From Planctomycetota bacterium (GTDB taxonomy: Bacteria; Planctomycetota; MHYJ01; WSZJ01), in assembly GCA_038060895.1 (NCBI GenBank), contig JBBTCT010000021.1, forward strand, positions 8,978 to 36,359: a stretch of 27,382 nt of DNA. The letters are read 5' to 3'. Below the pieces are notes generated by a model. That model was not told the origin of the DNA. It saw only the letters and a list, made by a program, of their open reading frames with translations, and ran no database searches. Made by a program: the position numbers and the translations under genes. Shown here one piece after another: positions 18,325-26,872 of the stretch (position 1 is the first letter of the stretch; each line of letters begins with the position of its first letter).

Positions 18325-19209
18325 CTACCTCTTACCGTCGCCGCCGTCGATCCTGTCCTTTTCCTTGGCTTTCGCTTTCTTGCAGACGTCGTCGTAGATT
18401 TTCTCGGCTTCCTTCGCGATCGGCAGCCCCCGGTAGTTGTCGAGGATCTCCTTGAGGAGCTTCTCCGCCCTCGCGAAGTCCTCCGCGGCCGTGCACTCGT
18501 TCGCCTGCTCCATCACGACGCGGCCCGAGTTGTTGAGCCGGTCCATCCCGGCCTGGGCGCGCGAGACCACTCCGCCCGCTCCGGGTTTCTTCTGCATCTT
18601 GAGCACTTCGGAGTACTCCCGGACCGCTTCACCCGTCTTTTTCGCCTGGGAAGCAGAGTCCGCCGCCGCGAGGTGGCTGATCGCATCCACGTAGTCACCG
18701 GCCTCGAGCCCCGGCCCCAGTTTCTTCACGGCTTCGCCCATTTTCGCCACCAGGTCGCGCGAAGTGACGGCGCCCTCCAGGCGCCCGAATTCCTCTCCCT
18801 CCGGATTGCACCAGACGACGGAAGGGGCGTTGGCGTCGTCCGTCTTGTAGAAGCGTGCCGACAGCTCCTTCCATGCGGCCTTGTGCTGGTCGACGGTGAT
18901 TCCGGGCGTGAGCGTGGAAAAGGACTTGTCGCCTTCTTTTTTCTCGGGCTGTCCTTCGTCCCTGTTGCAGTAAACGGTCACCCACTTCTTCGACGCCGCG
19001 ATGAATTCCTTCCCTGTCAGCACCGATTTTTCCAGGGCAAGCCCGGCTTCGTCCTGGCGGACGAAGACGACCAGGATCGGCACGTGGCGGTCCATCGCTT
19101 CGTCCGACGCGATCTGCCAGGAACCGGCCCAGCGAACGCCGTCCGGGGGCTTCGCGAAGGCAGTGGATGAGAGAGCTGCGACCATCAGCGCAACGGCCAG
19201 GCGGAACAT
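18325..19209 (-). CDS. Exported thioredoxin-like fold protein (no CxxC) with TPR-like C-terminus
   Basis: GGAGG RBS; signal peptide ending AFA; VRW..A.DEA..RHVPILVVF, APSVVWCNPEGEEFGRLEG; AEKLLKEILDNYRGLPIA. Confidence 0.8.
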   Translation of the reverse strand: MFRLAVALMVAALSSTAFAKPPDGVRWAGSWQIASDEAMDRHVPILVVFVRQDEAGLALEKSVLTGKEFIAASKKWVTVYCNRDEGQPEKKEGDKSFSTLTPGITVDQHKAAWKELSARFYKTDDANAPSVVWCNPEGEEFGRLEGAVTSRDLVAKMGEAVKKLGPGLEAGDYVDAISHLAAADSASQAKKTGEAVREYSEVLKMQKKPGAGGVVSRAQAGMDRLNNSGRVVMEQANECTAAEDFARAEKLLKEILDNYRGLPIAKEAEKIYDDVCKKAKAKEKDRIDGGDGKR

Positions 19210-19273
19210 GCGTGAGTCCTCCGGGGGCAAGTGGGGCCATGATTGTATTCCGGCGCCCTCGTCCGATGGTCGC

Positions 19274-20392
19274 CTATTCTCCCGTCGCACCGCCCACGTC
19301 GTCGTCGGCCGGTCCCGTCGTCCTGTGCGCCGCTGGCGCCGCCGCGCCCGGCTCCTGGTTGATCAGGTCGATCATCTGCCGCAGCCGGCCCTGGTTCCGG
19401 CGGTTGAAGTTCATCGCCATGCGCGGAAGGTGGGCCACTCGCTCCTCCTGCGCCTCCTCGGGGTGCATGCTCGTCATCTCCAGGTCGCCGCCGTGGATGT
19501 CCTTGAATTCAGTCCTCAACCGCACAATGGTCTCCGGCGAGAGCGGCCCGTTCAGGCGGATGATGAAGCGGCCCTTGATGTAGCGCGACGAGTTGTAGAC
19601 GCGGTAGAAGTTGCAGATCTCGTCGCACGCCTCGTTGACGGAATAGGCCACCCGGAAGAGCCGGTTGTCCTCTTCGCTCACGAGCCCGCGGTAGATCAGC
19701 CGCTCCACGAACCCGTGCCAGTCTGCCCAGTACGTCCCTCCGGGCACATCGACCATCACGAGGGGAATCGGGACGGTCTTTCCCGTCTGCACGAGCGTCA
19801 GCGTCTCGTACATCTCGTCCATCGTCCCGAAACCGCCCGGGAAGAACGCGACGCCGTCCGCTTCCTTGACGAACATCAGCTTGCGCGTGAAGAAGTACCG
19901 GAAGGTCACAAGTTTCTTGTCGCCGCGGATCACGGTGTTGGCGCTCTGCTCGAACGGAAGCCGGATGTTCACGCCGAACGACTTCTCCGCGCCGGCGCCC
20001 TCGTTCCCCGCGCGCATGATCCCGGGTCCCGCGCCCGTAATGATCATGAAGCCGCGCTTCGCCATTTCCTTCCCGAACTCCAGGGCCTGCTTGTACGCGG
20101 CGTGGTCATGCGGCGTCCGGGCGCTTCCGAATACGGAGACCTTGCGGACGTGCCTCCAGGGTGCGAACGTCTTGAACGCGTAGCGCAGTTCCTTCATCGC
20201 GCTGGAAACGATTTTCACGTCCCCCCGCTCGGCGGCGTCGTCCGCCAGGCGGAGCGCCGTCACGATGATTTCGCGCACGAGATCGGGATTGGTCGTGACG
20301 GCGAGCTTCTGGACCAGCTCTTCCGCAGCACGGTCGAACGCACCGAAATCACGGCGAAACCCCGGGACGCCGGGCTGAGAATCGGGAGGCAT
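19274..20392 (-). CDS. LOG family (TIGR00730) phosphoribohydrolase, long form
   Basis: VSVFGSAR, ITGAGPGIM, LPFEQ, FRYFFTRKLMFVK, PGGFGTMDE. Confidence 0.92.
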   Translation of the reverse strand: MPPDSQPGVPGFRRDFGAFDRAAEELVQKLAVTTNPDLVREIIVTALRLADDAAERGDVKIVSSAMKELRYAFKTFAPWRHVRKVSVFGSARTPHDHAAYKQALEFGKEMAKRGFMIITGAGPGIMRAGNEGAGAEKSFGVNIRLPFEQSANTVIRGDKKLVTFRYFFTRKLMFVKEADGVAFFPGGFGTMDEMYETLTLVQTGKTVPIPLVMVDVPGGTYWADWHGFVERLIYRGLVSEEDNRLFRVAYSVNEACDEICNFYRVYNSSRYIKGRFIIRLNGPLSPETIVRLRTEFKDIHGGDLEMTSMHPEEAQEERVAHLPRMAMNFNRRNQGRLRQMIDLINQEPGAAAPAAHRTTGPADDDVGGATGE

Positions 20393-20588
20393 GGGTGCAT
20401 GGTACGGGCGAGTGCGAAGAGCGGAAAGGAAGTCGGGAGATTGGAGTCGGGAGAACGGGCCGCCGCCGGCCAGCGGCGAATCATGACTCAGGAGATCAAG
20501 TAGGGCTTGGCCGCCCGCGCCCTTCGTGACATCATTTTCGCCACGCCCCCCCCACGGGCGCCGTCGCTTCATACCAGGAGATTCCATC

Positions 20589-21716
20589 ATGACGCGCGCC
20601 GCCGTTCTGTTCCTGATGCTGTCCGCTTCCGTCGCCCTGGCCCAGGGCCGGGCCGCCGCGCCCAATCAGCCGCTGCTGGACGCCCGCAAGAAGGCGGTCG
20701 AAGAGCTGACGAAGCTGAGGGGGGAGATGGCGCAGCTCGGCTACAAGGGTGAGGTGGATGACTGCGACTCGGTCATCAAGAAGATTCTCGAGCCTTCGAA
20801 GAGCATCAACGACAAGGGAATGGGCACGCCGTACCCGGGAGACGAGAAGCTCGCGGTCCTGATGAAATCCTGGAGCGACGCCGGCGACCGGCTGTCGGCG
20901 ATCTACAAGGAAGCGGCGGGGCAACTTGAAGGCGACCCGAAGCTGGAGGCGGAGATGTACGCGGGGTGGTTCGAGTCGTGGAGCCACATTGCCAAGGGCG
21001 TGCTGCACCTGAACCGCCGGCGGAAATTCTGCAAGCTGACGCCGGTGATGGCGGACTGGTCGGGGACGCTGGGCGGCTACCTGCACGGGGTCTACATGGC
21101 AAAGAACAAGGACAACCGCGCGGCTATGTCCGACCCGCACTACGAGGACGGCAAGCTCCCCGGCTACACGCTCGAGGGCGCCGCGGCCGCCGGCGGAATC
21201 CTCGGCGGCGGGTCTTCCGAGTACGTCATGGACTCGTGGCTCGGCTCGGAATACCACCGCGAGCCCGTCTGGAGCCGTAACTGCTCGCGCGTCTGCTTCG
21301 GCGGCCTCGCGCCCCAGGGCTGGTGGTCCTGCAAGAACGGCGGCGGCGGCTCCGGCAACGTCCTGGCCGACGTCATCACGTTTCCCGGCGACGGCGACAC
21401 CGATATCTCCCCCGTGTTCGGCGGCGAGGGGCCCAACCCTCTCTCGAAGTACAACATGACGCAGTCCGGCACGCTCTTCGTCATCGATTTCCTGCGCGGC
21501 AAGCCCAAGAAGCCGACGGTCACGCTCAAGGATCCGGACGGCAACGCCGCGGAACTGCTCGAACTAGGGAAGGCCCCGATGAGCTTCGTGGCGAAAAACG
21601 CGCTGAAGGGGAACACGAAGTACACCGTCGAGGTCGTGGGCCAGGACGGCACGAAGTTCAGCTTCAGCTTCACGACGAGCGCCGGCTTCGGCGCCCAGCG
21701 CGGGAACGAGAAATAG
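20589..21716 (+). CDS. Exported CAP/SCP-domain protein with C-terminal Ig-like domain
   Basis: CAGGAG RBS; signal peptide; LNRRR..L.PV, H..YM..N, PHYE....PGYT.EG, SWLGSEYHRE; C-terminal LKGNTKYTVEV..FSFTT. Confidence 0.8.
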   Translation: MTRAAVLFLMLSASVALAQGRAAAPNQPLLDARKKAVEELTKLRGEMAQLGYKGEVDDCDSVIKKILEPSKSINDKGMGTPYPGDEKLAVLMKSWSDAGDRLSAIYKEAAGQLEGDPKLEAEMYAGWFESWSHIAKGVLHLNRRRKFCKLTPVMADWSGTLGGYLHGVYMAKNKDNRAAMSDPHYEDGKLPGYTLEGAAAAGGILGGGSSEYVMDSWLGSEYHREPVWSRNCSRVCFGGLAPQGWWSCKNGGGGSGNVLADVITFPGDGDTDISPVFGGEGPNPLSKYNMTQSGTLFVIDFLRGKPKKPTVTLKDPDGNAAELLELGKAPMSFVAKNALKGNTKYTVEVVGQDGTKFSFSFTTSAGFGAQRGNEK

Positions 21717-21734
21717 CCGGCAGGATCCGCCGGG

Positions 21735-22484
21735 CTACCTGGCCTCCCCGCCGTCCGTCCCGTTGGGCGCCGCCTCACCCTTGCTGTCGATGACAATCGA
21801 CATTCCCGCCCCGCCGAAGTCCGAGATCTTGCCCGCCTTCTTCAGCTCGTCGTACTTGTCCTGCTGGGCGAGATCCAGTTCCCGCTTCACCGACTCCTCG
21901 CACTTCTTCCGGAACTCGGCGGCCTTTTCTTCCGTCCCTCGCCAGTCCTTGCGGCCTTCCTCCGTCTGCCAGAGGTCCATCGTCGCGTCGTCGCGCTCCT
22001 TGAAGTGCTGCTGGATGCGGGTTTTCTGGATCGGGGAGAGCTTGAGTTCGCGTTCCATGACGACCAGCGGGTCCTCGAAGTTCATGATCTGGGCGAAGGG
22101 GTGCTTCTTGTCCCGCTCGGCGATCTTCTTGTCGATCAGGGCTTCGATGTCGGTTTCCGAGAGAGGGCCGTCCGTCTTGCTGAGAACGGGCTTCTTCCCG
22201 CCGGCTGGCGCATGGCCACCGTCGGCAACCCCGACCTTCGACAGGCTTCCGGCGGGTAGGGCTCCGCCGCCATGGCCATCAAGGTCGGAAGCGTCCACGG
22301 CTGAATCCGTGGAGCCGCTGCTTCCGGGGCGCACAGGATCCGCGCTTCCCGCGGCGGGCGCCGGGTCCAGCTTCGTGATCTGGTCCTGCAGTTTGGCGAG
22401 CCGCATTGACGTGGCGATCTGCATGCCGAGAAGCGAAAGGACGGCCGCGGCCAGGATGGGAGGAACAAGGGTGGTGCGCTGCAT
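21735..22484 (-). CDS. Membrane-anchored extracytoplasmic protein with LTXXQ-like helical domain
   Basis: N-terminal hydrophobic helix, Gly/Ser/Pro linker, ELKLSPIQKTRI and ELDLAQQDKYDEL; GAGGG RBS. Confidence 0.75.
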   Translation of the reverse strand: MQRTTLVPPILAAAVLSLLGMQIATSMRLAKLQDQITKLDPAPAAGSADPVRPGSSGSTDSAVDASDLDGHGGGALPAGSLSKVGVADGGHAPAGGKKPVLSKTDGPLSETDIEALIDKKIAERDKKHPFAQIMNFEDPLVVMERELKLSPIQKTRIQQHFKERDDATMDLWQTEEGRKDWRGTEEKAAEFRKKCEESVKRELDLAQQDKYDELKKAGKISDFGGAGMSIVIDSKGEAAPNGTDGGEAR

Positions 22485-22686
22485 CGTCGAACCCTCACGA
22501 GGGAGTGCGCGGTCCGCGCGGATTACCGACTCCAGCGGCCGCAGGTTGAAAAAGGATAAGCGAAGACCGGCCTTGTGTCCTTCCGGCATTGATGAGACGA
22601 CGCGCGCGGCGGGACTCCTCGGTGGTTTCGTGAAAATGGCCTGGGGATGCCAGAATGTCCGTCGCCTGGATACAAGGGAGCCGTCG

Positions 22687-23048
22687 ATGCGCCATACCTT
22701 CACCGCGCCCTGGGGCCGCTTCGCCATCCAGTGGTCCGACCTCGGGATCACGCGCGTCGAGCTGCCTCCCGCGAAGGCGTCCTGCGCGAGACCTGCCCCG
22801 GCGAGACGCTGTCCTACGCCGACCTCGCGGCTCGCGCAGGCCGCCCCGGCGCCGCCCGCGCCGTCGGCAACGCACTCCGCAAGAACCCGGTTCCCGTTCT
22901 CGTCCCCTGCCACCGCGTGCTGGCGACCGGAGGCAAAATCGGCGGCTTCAGCGCCCCGGGAGGGACGGACACGAAGCGCCGGCTGCTGTCGCTGGAAGGG
23001 TGGAAAGGGGAGGAGAGAATTTTGAGGCGGGGGCGGGGCGTTGAGTGA
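22687..23048 (+). pseudogene. ogt: Methylated-DNA--protein-cysteine methyltransferase, split by an internal deletion/frameshift
   Basis: RBS AAGGGAG + ATG 22687 gives an Ogt-like N-terminus ([22 protein letters not shown]). The C-terminal domain ([29 protein letters not shown]) lies in another frame from about 22778. Confidence 0.8.
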
Positions 23049-23142
23049 TGGAGGTGGAGTGAGAGAGGCATCAACGAAACGAAAACTCTCGAGGATGAAC
23101 TGACTTTTCGTTTTTCCCTTCGTTGTGGCCCTTTTTCCTCCT

Positions 23143-24258
23143 CTATTTCCCCGAGGAGTCCTTCGCTTCCTCGGGAATCTCATTCCCCCGCAGCCATCCG
23201 TGCACCCCGTCTTTCACCACCTGCGGCAGCGAATGCCCGCCCTCGAACGGGAAAAAGTCGTGCTTCACCCCGTGCTTCTCCAGCGCCTCCACCAGCTTCT
23301 TCCCCGTCCCGTAGGGCACCACCGAGTCGCTCGTCCCGTGCGCGACAAGGATTCGGATCCCCTTCGCCTTCACAAAATCCTCTTCCACCACCAATGACGG
23401 GTCGTGCCCGCCGCTGATCACGATCGTTCCCGCGATCTGGTCCGCGTACCGCAGCCCGCAGTGCGCCGCCATGAAAGCCCCTTCGCTGAACCCGAGCAGG
23501 TACACCTTTCCCGGATTCACCGGGTACTTCTCCTTCAGGAACTTCAACGCCCGCTCGACCGTCGCCGCCGACAGCTTGTACGCCTCCGCCGTGTTCTCCT
23601 TCCCCGACTCCCACGGGGCCCAGCAGTGCCCGTTGCGGCCGCCCGGGAGCGCGAGGATGTACGGCGTCTCGAGCGAGGCCACCAGGAAATCCTCGCCGCG
23701 CCAGTCCTCGACGTTCTCGAGGAAATGCTCCGCGGTGTCGCCGCGGCCGTGGAGAAGAAGCAGCAGCCCGTACGTCTTCTTCGAGTCGTAGCCCTTCGGC
23801 TTGCGCACGTAGCACGGCAAAAGCGCGTCCCCCGCGATCCAATCCTTCTTCGGCTTCGTCCCCGTGGCGCCGTCCAGCTCCTTGACGATCGCCTTGTACG
23901 CCTTCTTCTTCCGGATCGGCTCCAGGTCCGGGTCCGACTTCATGTGGTTCGCGTCGCGGAACCCGCCCTTCACCGCCTGCGCCAGCGCCGCGATCGCGTC
24001 GTCCTTGCGCTCCAGGAGCGACAGGCAGCAAGCGAGGTTGTACCAGGCGCCCCCGTCGTCGGGCCGCTTCGTCACGTGCTCGAGGTAAGCCTCCGCCGCT
24101 TCGTCGTACTTCTTCTCCTGGTAAAGCGCGTCCCCCCGCGCCGATTCCGGCGGCTTCTTCGTCTGCTCGAGCGCCTTGAGCAGCGCGTCGGTGATGCTGT
24201 CGGCGAGGCAGGGGAGGGCGAGGGCCAGGACGACGGCGAGCGTGCGAAGGCGAAGCAT
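23143..24258 (-). CDS. Exported TPR + alpha/beta hydrolase (phospholipase/carboxylesterase-like)
   Basis: Signal peptide; WYNLAC..GF.D...DPDL TPR cap; LHGRG, GFSEG, HGTSDSVV, GGH triad. Confidence 0.88.
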   Translation of the reverse strand: MLRLRTLAVVLALALPCLADSITDALLKALEQTKKPPESARGDALYQEKKYDEAAEAYLEHVTKRPDDGGAWYNLACCLSLLERKDDAIAALAQAVKGGFRDANHMKSDPDLEPIRKKKAYKAIVKELDGATGTKPKKDWIAGDALLPCYVRKPKGYDSKKTYGLLLLLHGRGDTAEHFLENVEDWRGEDFLVASLETPYILALPGGRNGHCWAPWESGKENTAEAYKLSAATVERALKFLKEKYPVNPGKVYLLGFSEGAFMAAHCGLRYADQIAGTIVISGGHDPSLVVEEDFVKAKGIRILVAHGTSDSVVPYGTGKKLVEALEKHGVKHDFFPFEGGHSLPQVVKDGVHGWLRGNEIPEEAKDSSGK

Positions 24259-24381
24259 TCGGGACTCCCGAAAAGGAACGTAGGGCCTGTGTTGAACCGC
24301 GGTCGATTGAGACAACTGGTACGAAAGCGGCTTCGCAACTGATAGGACCACTCAACGCCGGAGTGTACCCTCTGCGGCCCG

Positions 24382-25653
24382 ATGTCCCTGCACCGCGACT
24401 ACGCCACGCACCTCCGCGCCTTCTCGCCCAACGCCCGCCGCTTCCTGCTGGCGAACGCCTTCTTTGCGCTCGGCGGCGCGCTGCTCGGCGTCACGCGGAA
24501 CCTGTATCTGAAGGAGGCCGGCTACAACGAGGCCGACATCGGCTATTTCCTTTCCGCCGCGCAAGTCGGCACCGTCCTGTGCGTCGTCCCCGCGGCGCTT
24601 CTTCTCGACCGCTGGAAGATGAAACCTCTGCTCGTGCTGTCCGTCCTGATTTCGATGGCGGGAAGCGGGGGGACGGCGCTGCTGACGGGAAAGGCGCTGA
24701 TCGCGGCCGCGTCGTTCGTGGCGGGAGCCGGAGGCGCGGCCTTCAGCGTTGCGGCGAGCCCGTTCTACGCGCGCAACTCCACCCCCTCCGAGCGCGGGCA
24801 TCTGTTCGGCGTCTCGATCGGACTGTCGGCGCTGGCCAGCACGCTCGGGACGCTCGCGGTCGCGCCGTTGGAACGCTGGTTCGGCTCCGGCTCCGACGCG
24901 CTTCGCACGATGATGCTCTGCGGCGCCTCCGGCTCGATCCTTGCCGTGCTGCCGATCGCGATCCTGTCGGACACCCCGGGCGCTGCCGCCGTGCGCCGCA
25001 CGTTTCGGGATTTTCTTCTCGCCCGCGACTGGCGCACGCTCCTCAAGCTCTGCATCCCGGACGCCCTCATCGGCGCCGGCGCAGGCCTCACGATCCCGTT
25101 CATCAACCTCTACTTCCAGGGACGCTTCGGCAAATCTCCCGCGCAGATCTCTTACTACTTCGCCGCTTCTAACGCCATGAACATGATCGGCTTCCTCGCC
25201 GCCCCCGCCATCGCCCAGCGCTTCGGCCGCGTCGCGACCATCGCCGGCTCGCAGCTCCTCTCGATCCCGTTTTTCGCAGCGCTCGCGCTCACGACGTCGC
25301 TTCCCGTCGCCGTCGTCGCTTTCCTCCTCCGTTCTCTCCTCATGAACCTCTCCCACCCCATCAACTCCGCCTTCGTCATGGACATGGCCGCCGCCGACCA
25401 GCAGGCAGTGACGAATTCGCTCAAGCAGGTGTCGTGGAACGTGTGCTGGGCCATCTCCGCGTCCGCCGGCGGGTGGATGATCCACCACGTCCAGGTCGGC
25501 CGCGACGGATACACGCTCCCGATGCTGTGCACGATCGGGACTTACATCGTGGGAAGCGCGCTGTTCATCGCGTTCTGGGGAGGGAAGAGTGCGCGGCCGC
25601 GCGAAAGCGTGCCGGCGGGTCCTCCTGCGGAGACGGTCTCCATCACCAAATGA
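24382..25653 (+). CDS. MFS transporter
   Basis: About 12 hydrophobic segments; LLDRWKMK and IAQRFGRV motif-A variants; ERGHLFG. Confidence 0.92.
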   Translation: MSLHRDYATHLRAFSPNARRFLLANAFFALGGALLGVTRNLYLKEAGYNEADIGYFLSAAQVGTVLCVVPAALLLDRWKMKPLLVLSVLISMAGSGGTALLTGKALIAAASFVAGAGGAAFSVAASPFYARNSTPSERGHLFGVSIGLSALASTLGTLAVAPLERWFGSGSDALRTMMLCGASGSILAVLPIAILSDTPGAAAVRRTFRDFLLARDWRTLLKLCIPDALIGAGAGLTIPFINLYFQGRFGKSPAQISYYFAASNAMNMIGFLAAPAIAQRFGRVATIAGSQLLSIPFFAALALTTSLPVAVVAFLLRSLLMNLSHPINSAFVMDMAAADQQAVTNSLKQVSWNVCWAISASAGGWMIHHVQVGRDGYTLPMLCTIGTYIVGSALFIAFWGGKSARPRESVPAGPPAETVSITK

Positions 25654-25658
25654 GATTC

Positions 25659-25700
25659 AATTCATAATTCATAATTATAAATTAGAAATTCTAAATTGAT
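25659..25700. repeat. AT-rich degenerate heptamer tandem repeat (AATTNNN x6)
   Basis: AATTCAT AATTCAT AATTATA AATTAGA AATTCTA AATTGAT between convergent stop codons. Confidence 0.85.
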
Positions 25701-25703
25701 TCG

Positions 25704-26801
25704 TTACTTCGGCGCCGCAACCTTGAGTTCATCCGGGATCGCCTCGCCCCTCAGCCACTTCCCGATCCCCGTAATCATCGCCTGAGTCAGCGCGTGCTCC
25801 CCGTCGTACCAGTAGATCTCCGACTGCACGCCCGCGGCCTCCAGCGACCTCGCAAATTCCGCCTGCATCTTCCAGGTGATGATCGGATCCTTCACGCCGT
25901 GGGAAATCAGCAGCCGTTTGCCTTTCCACTTCTCCAGCGACCCGCCCGGGTTGCCGCCGCCGCTGTTGAAAATCGCGCCGGCAAGCTTCTCGCCGAAGGC
26001 GCTCACGCATCGCGCGGTCAGGTACGCGCCTTCTGACGACCCGACGAGGTAGATCTTCTTTGCGTCGATCGAGAGCGCGGCCTGCACCTTGGCGATCGCC
26101 TTCTCGACCTGTTTCACCACCAGCTCCGATGCCTTCCCGGCATCCGCGCCCCCGGGCCCCGACCAGCCGTAGCCTTTCGTCCCGTCCGCATCTTCCGACG
26201 GGTAGGGCGACTCCAGCGCTGCCACCACGAATTCTTCGCCCGGCCAGTCCGGCACCGACCGGATGAACGCATCCGCGGTGCCGCAGTGGCCGTGCAGAAG
26301 CAGCACCAGCCCGTAGGACTTCGACGCGTCGTACTTCTTCGGCCGCGTGACCTCGCACCGGAACAGCGCTTCCGCTTCGACCCACAGCATCTCGACGTTG
26401 ATCGGCTTGTTCGCGCGGAACGCCTTGAGCGCCATCTCGTATCCCTTGGTTCCCCGGAGCGCCGTGAGGTCCGCGTCCGCCTTCACGTGCTCGAGGTCTG
26501 AATACCCCGCGAGAAACGCGCCCTGAAGGGCGTTCGCCGCCGCGCCCTGCCGTCCGGCTTTCGACAGCGCGCAGGCGAGGTTGTACCAGGCGTTCCCGTC
26601 GTCCGGCCGCCGCGTCACGTAATCCGTGTAAGCCTTCGCAGCCTCGACGAACTTCTTTTCCTTGAGAAGCCCGTCGGCGCGCGCCGGGCTGGCCGGCCGG
26701 GTCGAGTCCTTGAGCGCCTGGATGACGCGTTCGTCAAGTTCGTCGGCGCACGCGAGCAGCGAAAGCGAGAGCAGGGAAGCGGCAGTCAGGAATCGGCGCA
26801 T
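25704..26801 (-). CDS. Exported TPR + alpha/beta hydrolase, paralog of 23143..24258
   Basis: Signal peptide; WYNLAC..DADL; LHGHC, GSSEG, HGVKDPII, GEH. Confidence 0.88.
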   Translation of the reverse strand: MRRFLTAASLLSLSLLACADELDERVIQALKDSTRPASPARADGLLKEKKFVEAAKAYTDYVTRRPDDGNAWYNLACALSKAGRQGAAANALQGAFLAGYSDLEHVKADADLTALRGTKGYEMALKAFRANKPINVEMLWVEAEALFRCEVTRPKKYDASKSYGLVLLLHGHCGTADAFIRSVPDWPGEEFVVAALESPYPSEDADGTKGYGWSGPGGADAGKASELVVKQVEKAIAKVQAALSIDAKKIYLVGSSEGAYLTARCVSAFGEKLAGAIFNSGGGNPGGSLEKWKGKRLLISHGVKDPIITWKMQAEFARSLEAAGVQSEIYWYDGEHALTQAMITGIGKWLRGEAIPDELKVAAPK

Positions 26802-26872
26802 GGCGGCTCCGAGGAAGAGTGTGGCTCAAGGTCCTTACGGCGTCGCAGGCGAGCTTCTTCCGGCCATCGCCC

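Noticed and set aside
19001-20503. 500-aa + strand ORF
   Set aside because: Shadow of LOG and the thioredoxin-like gene; Arg/His-rich with no motifs.
21763-22686. 420-aa + ORF, and the extension of the minus-strand ORF to 23183
   Set aside because: Shadow frames. Only the part from 22687 (Ogt N-terminus) and the part up to 22484 on the minus strand look real.
22760-22800. Programmed -1 frameshift in ogt
   Set aside because: No X XXY YYZ slippery site, and the product would still lack the conserved middle section.
23068-23128. attC-like AAC...GTT hairpin
   Set aside because: No RYYYAAC/GTTRRRY match, no integrase, and no repeated cassette structure.
24320-24348. Hammerhead-like GAAA...CTGATAG on the + strand
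   Set aside because: Lacks CUGANGA, the NUH cleavage triplet and the correct stem order.
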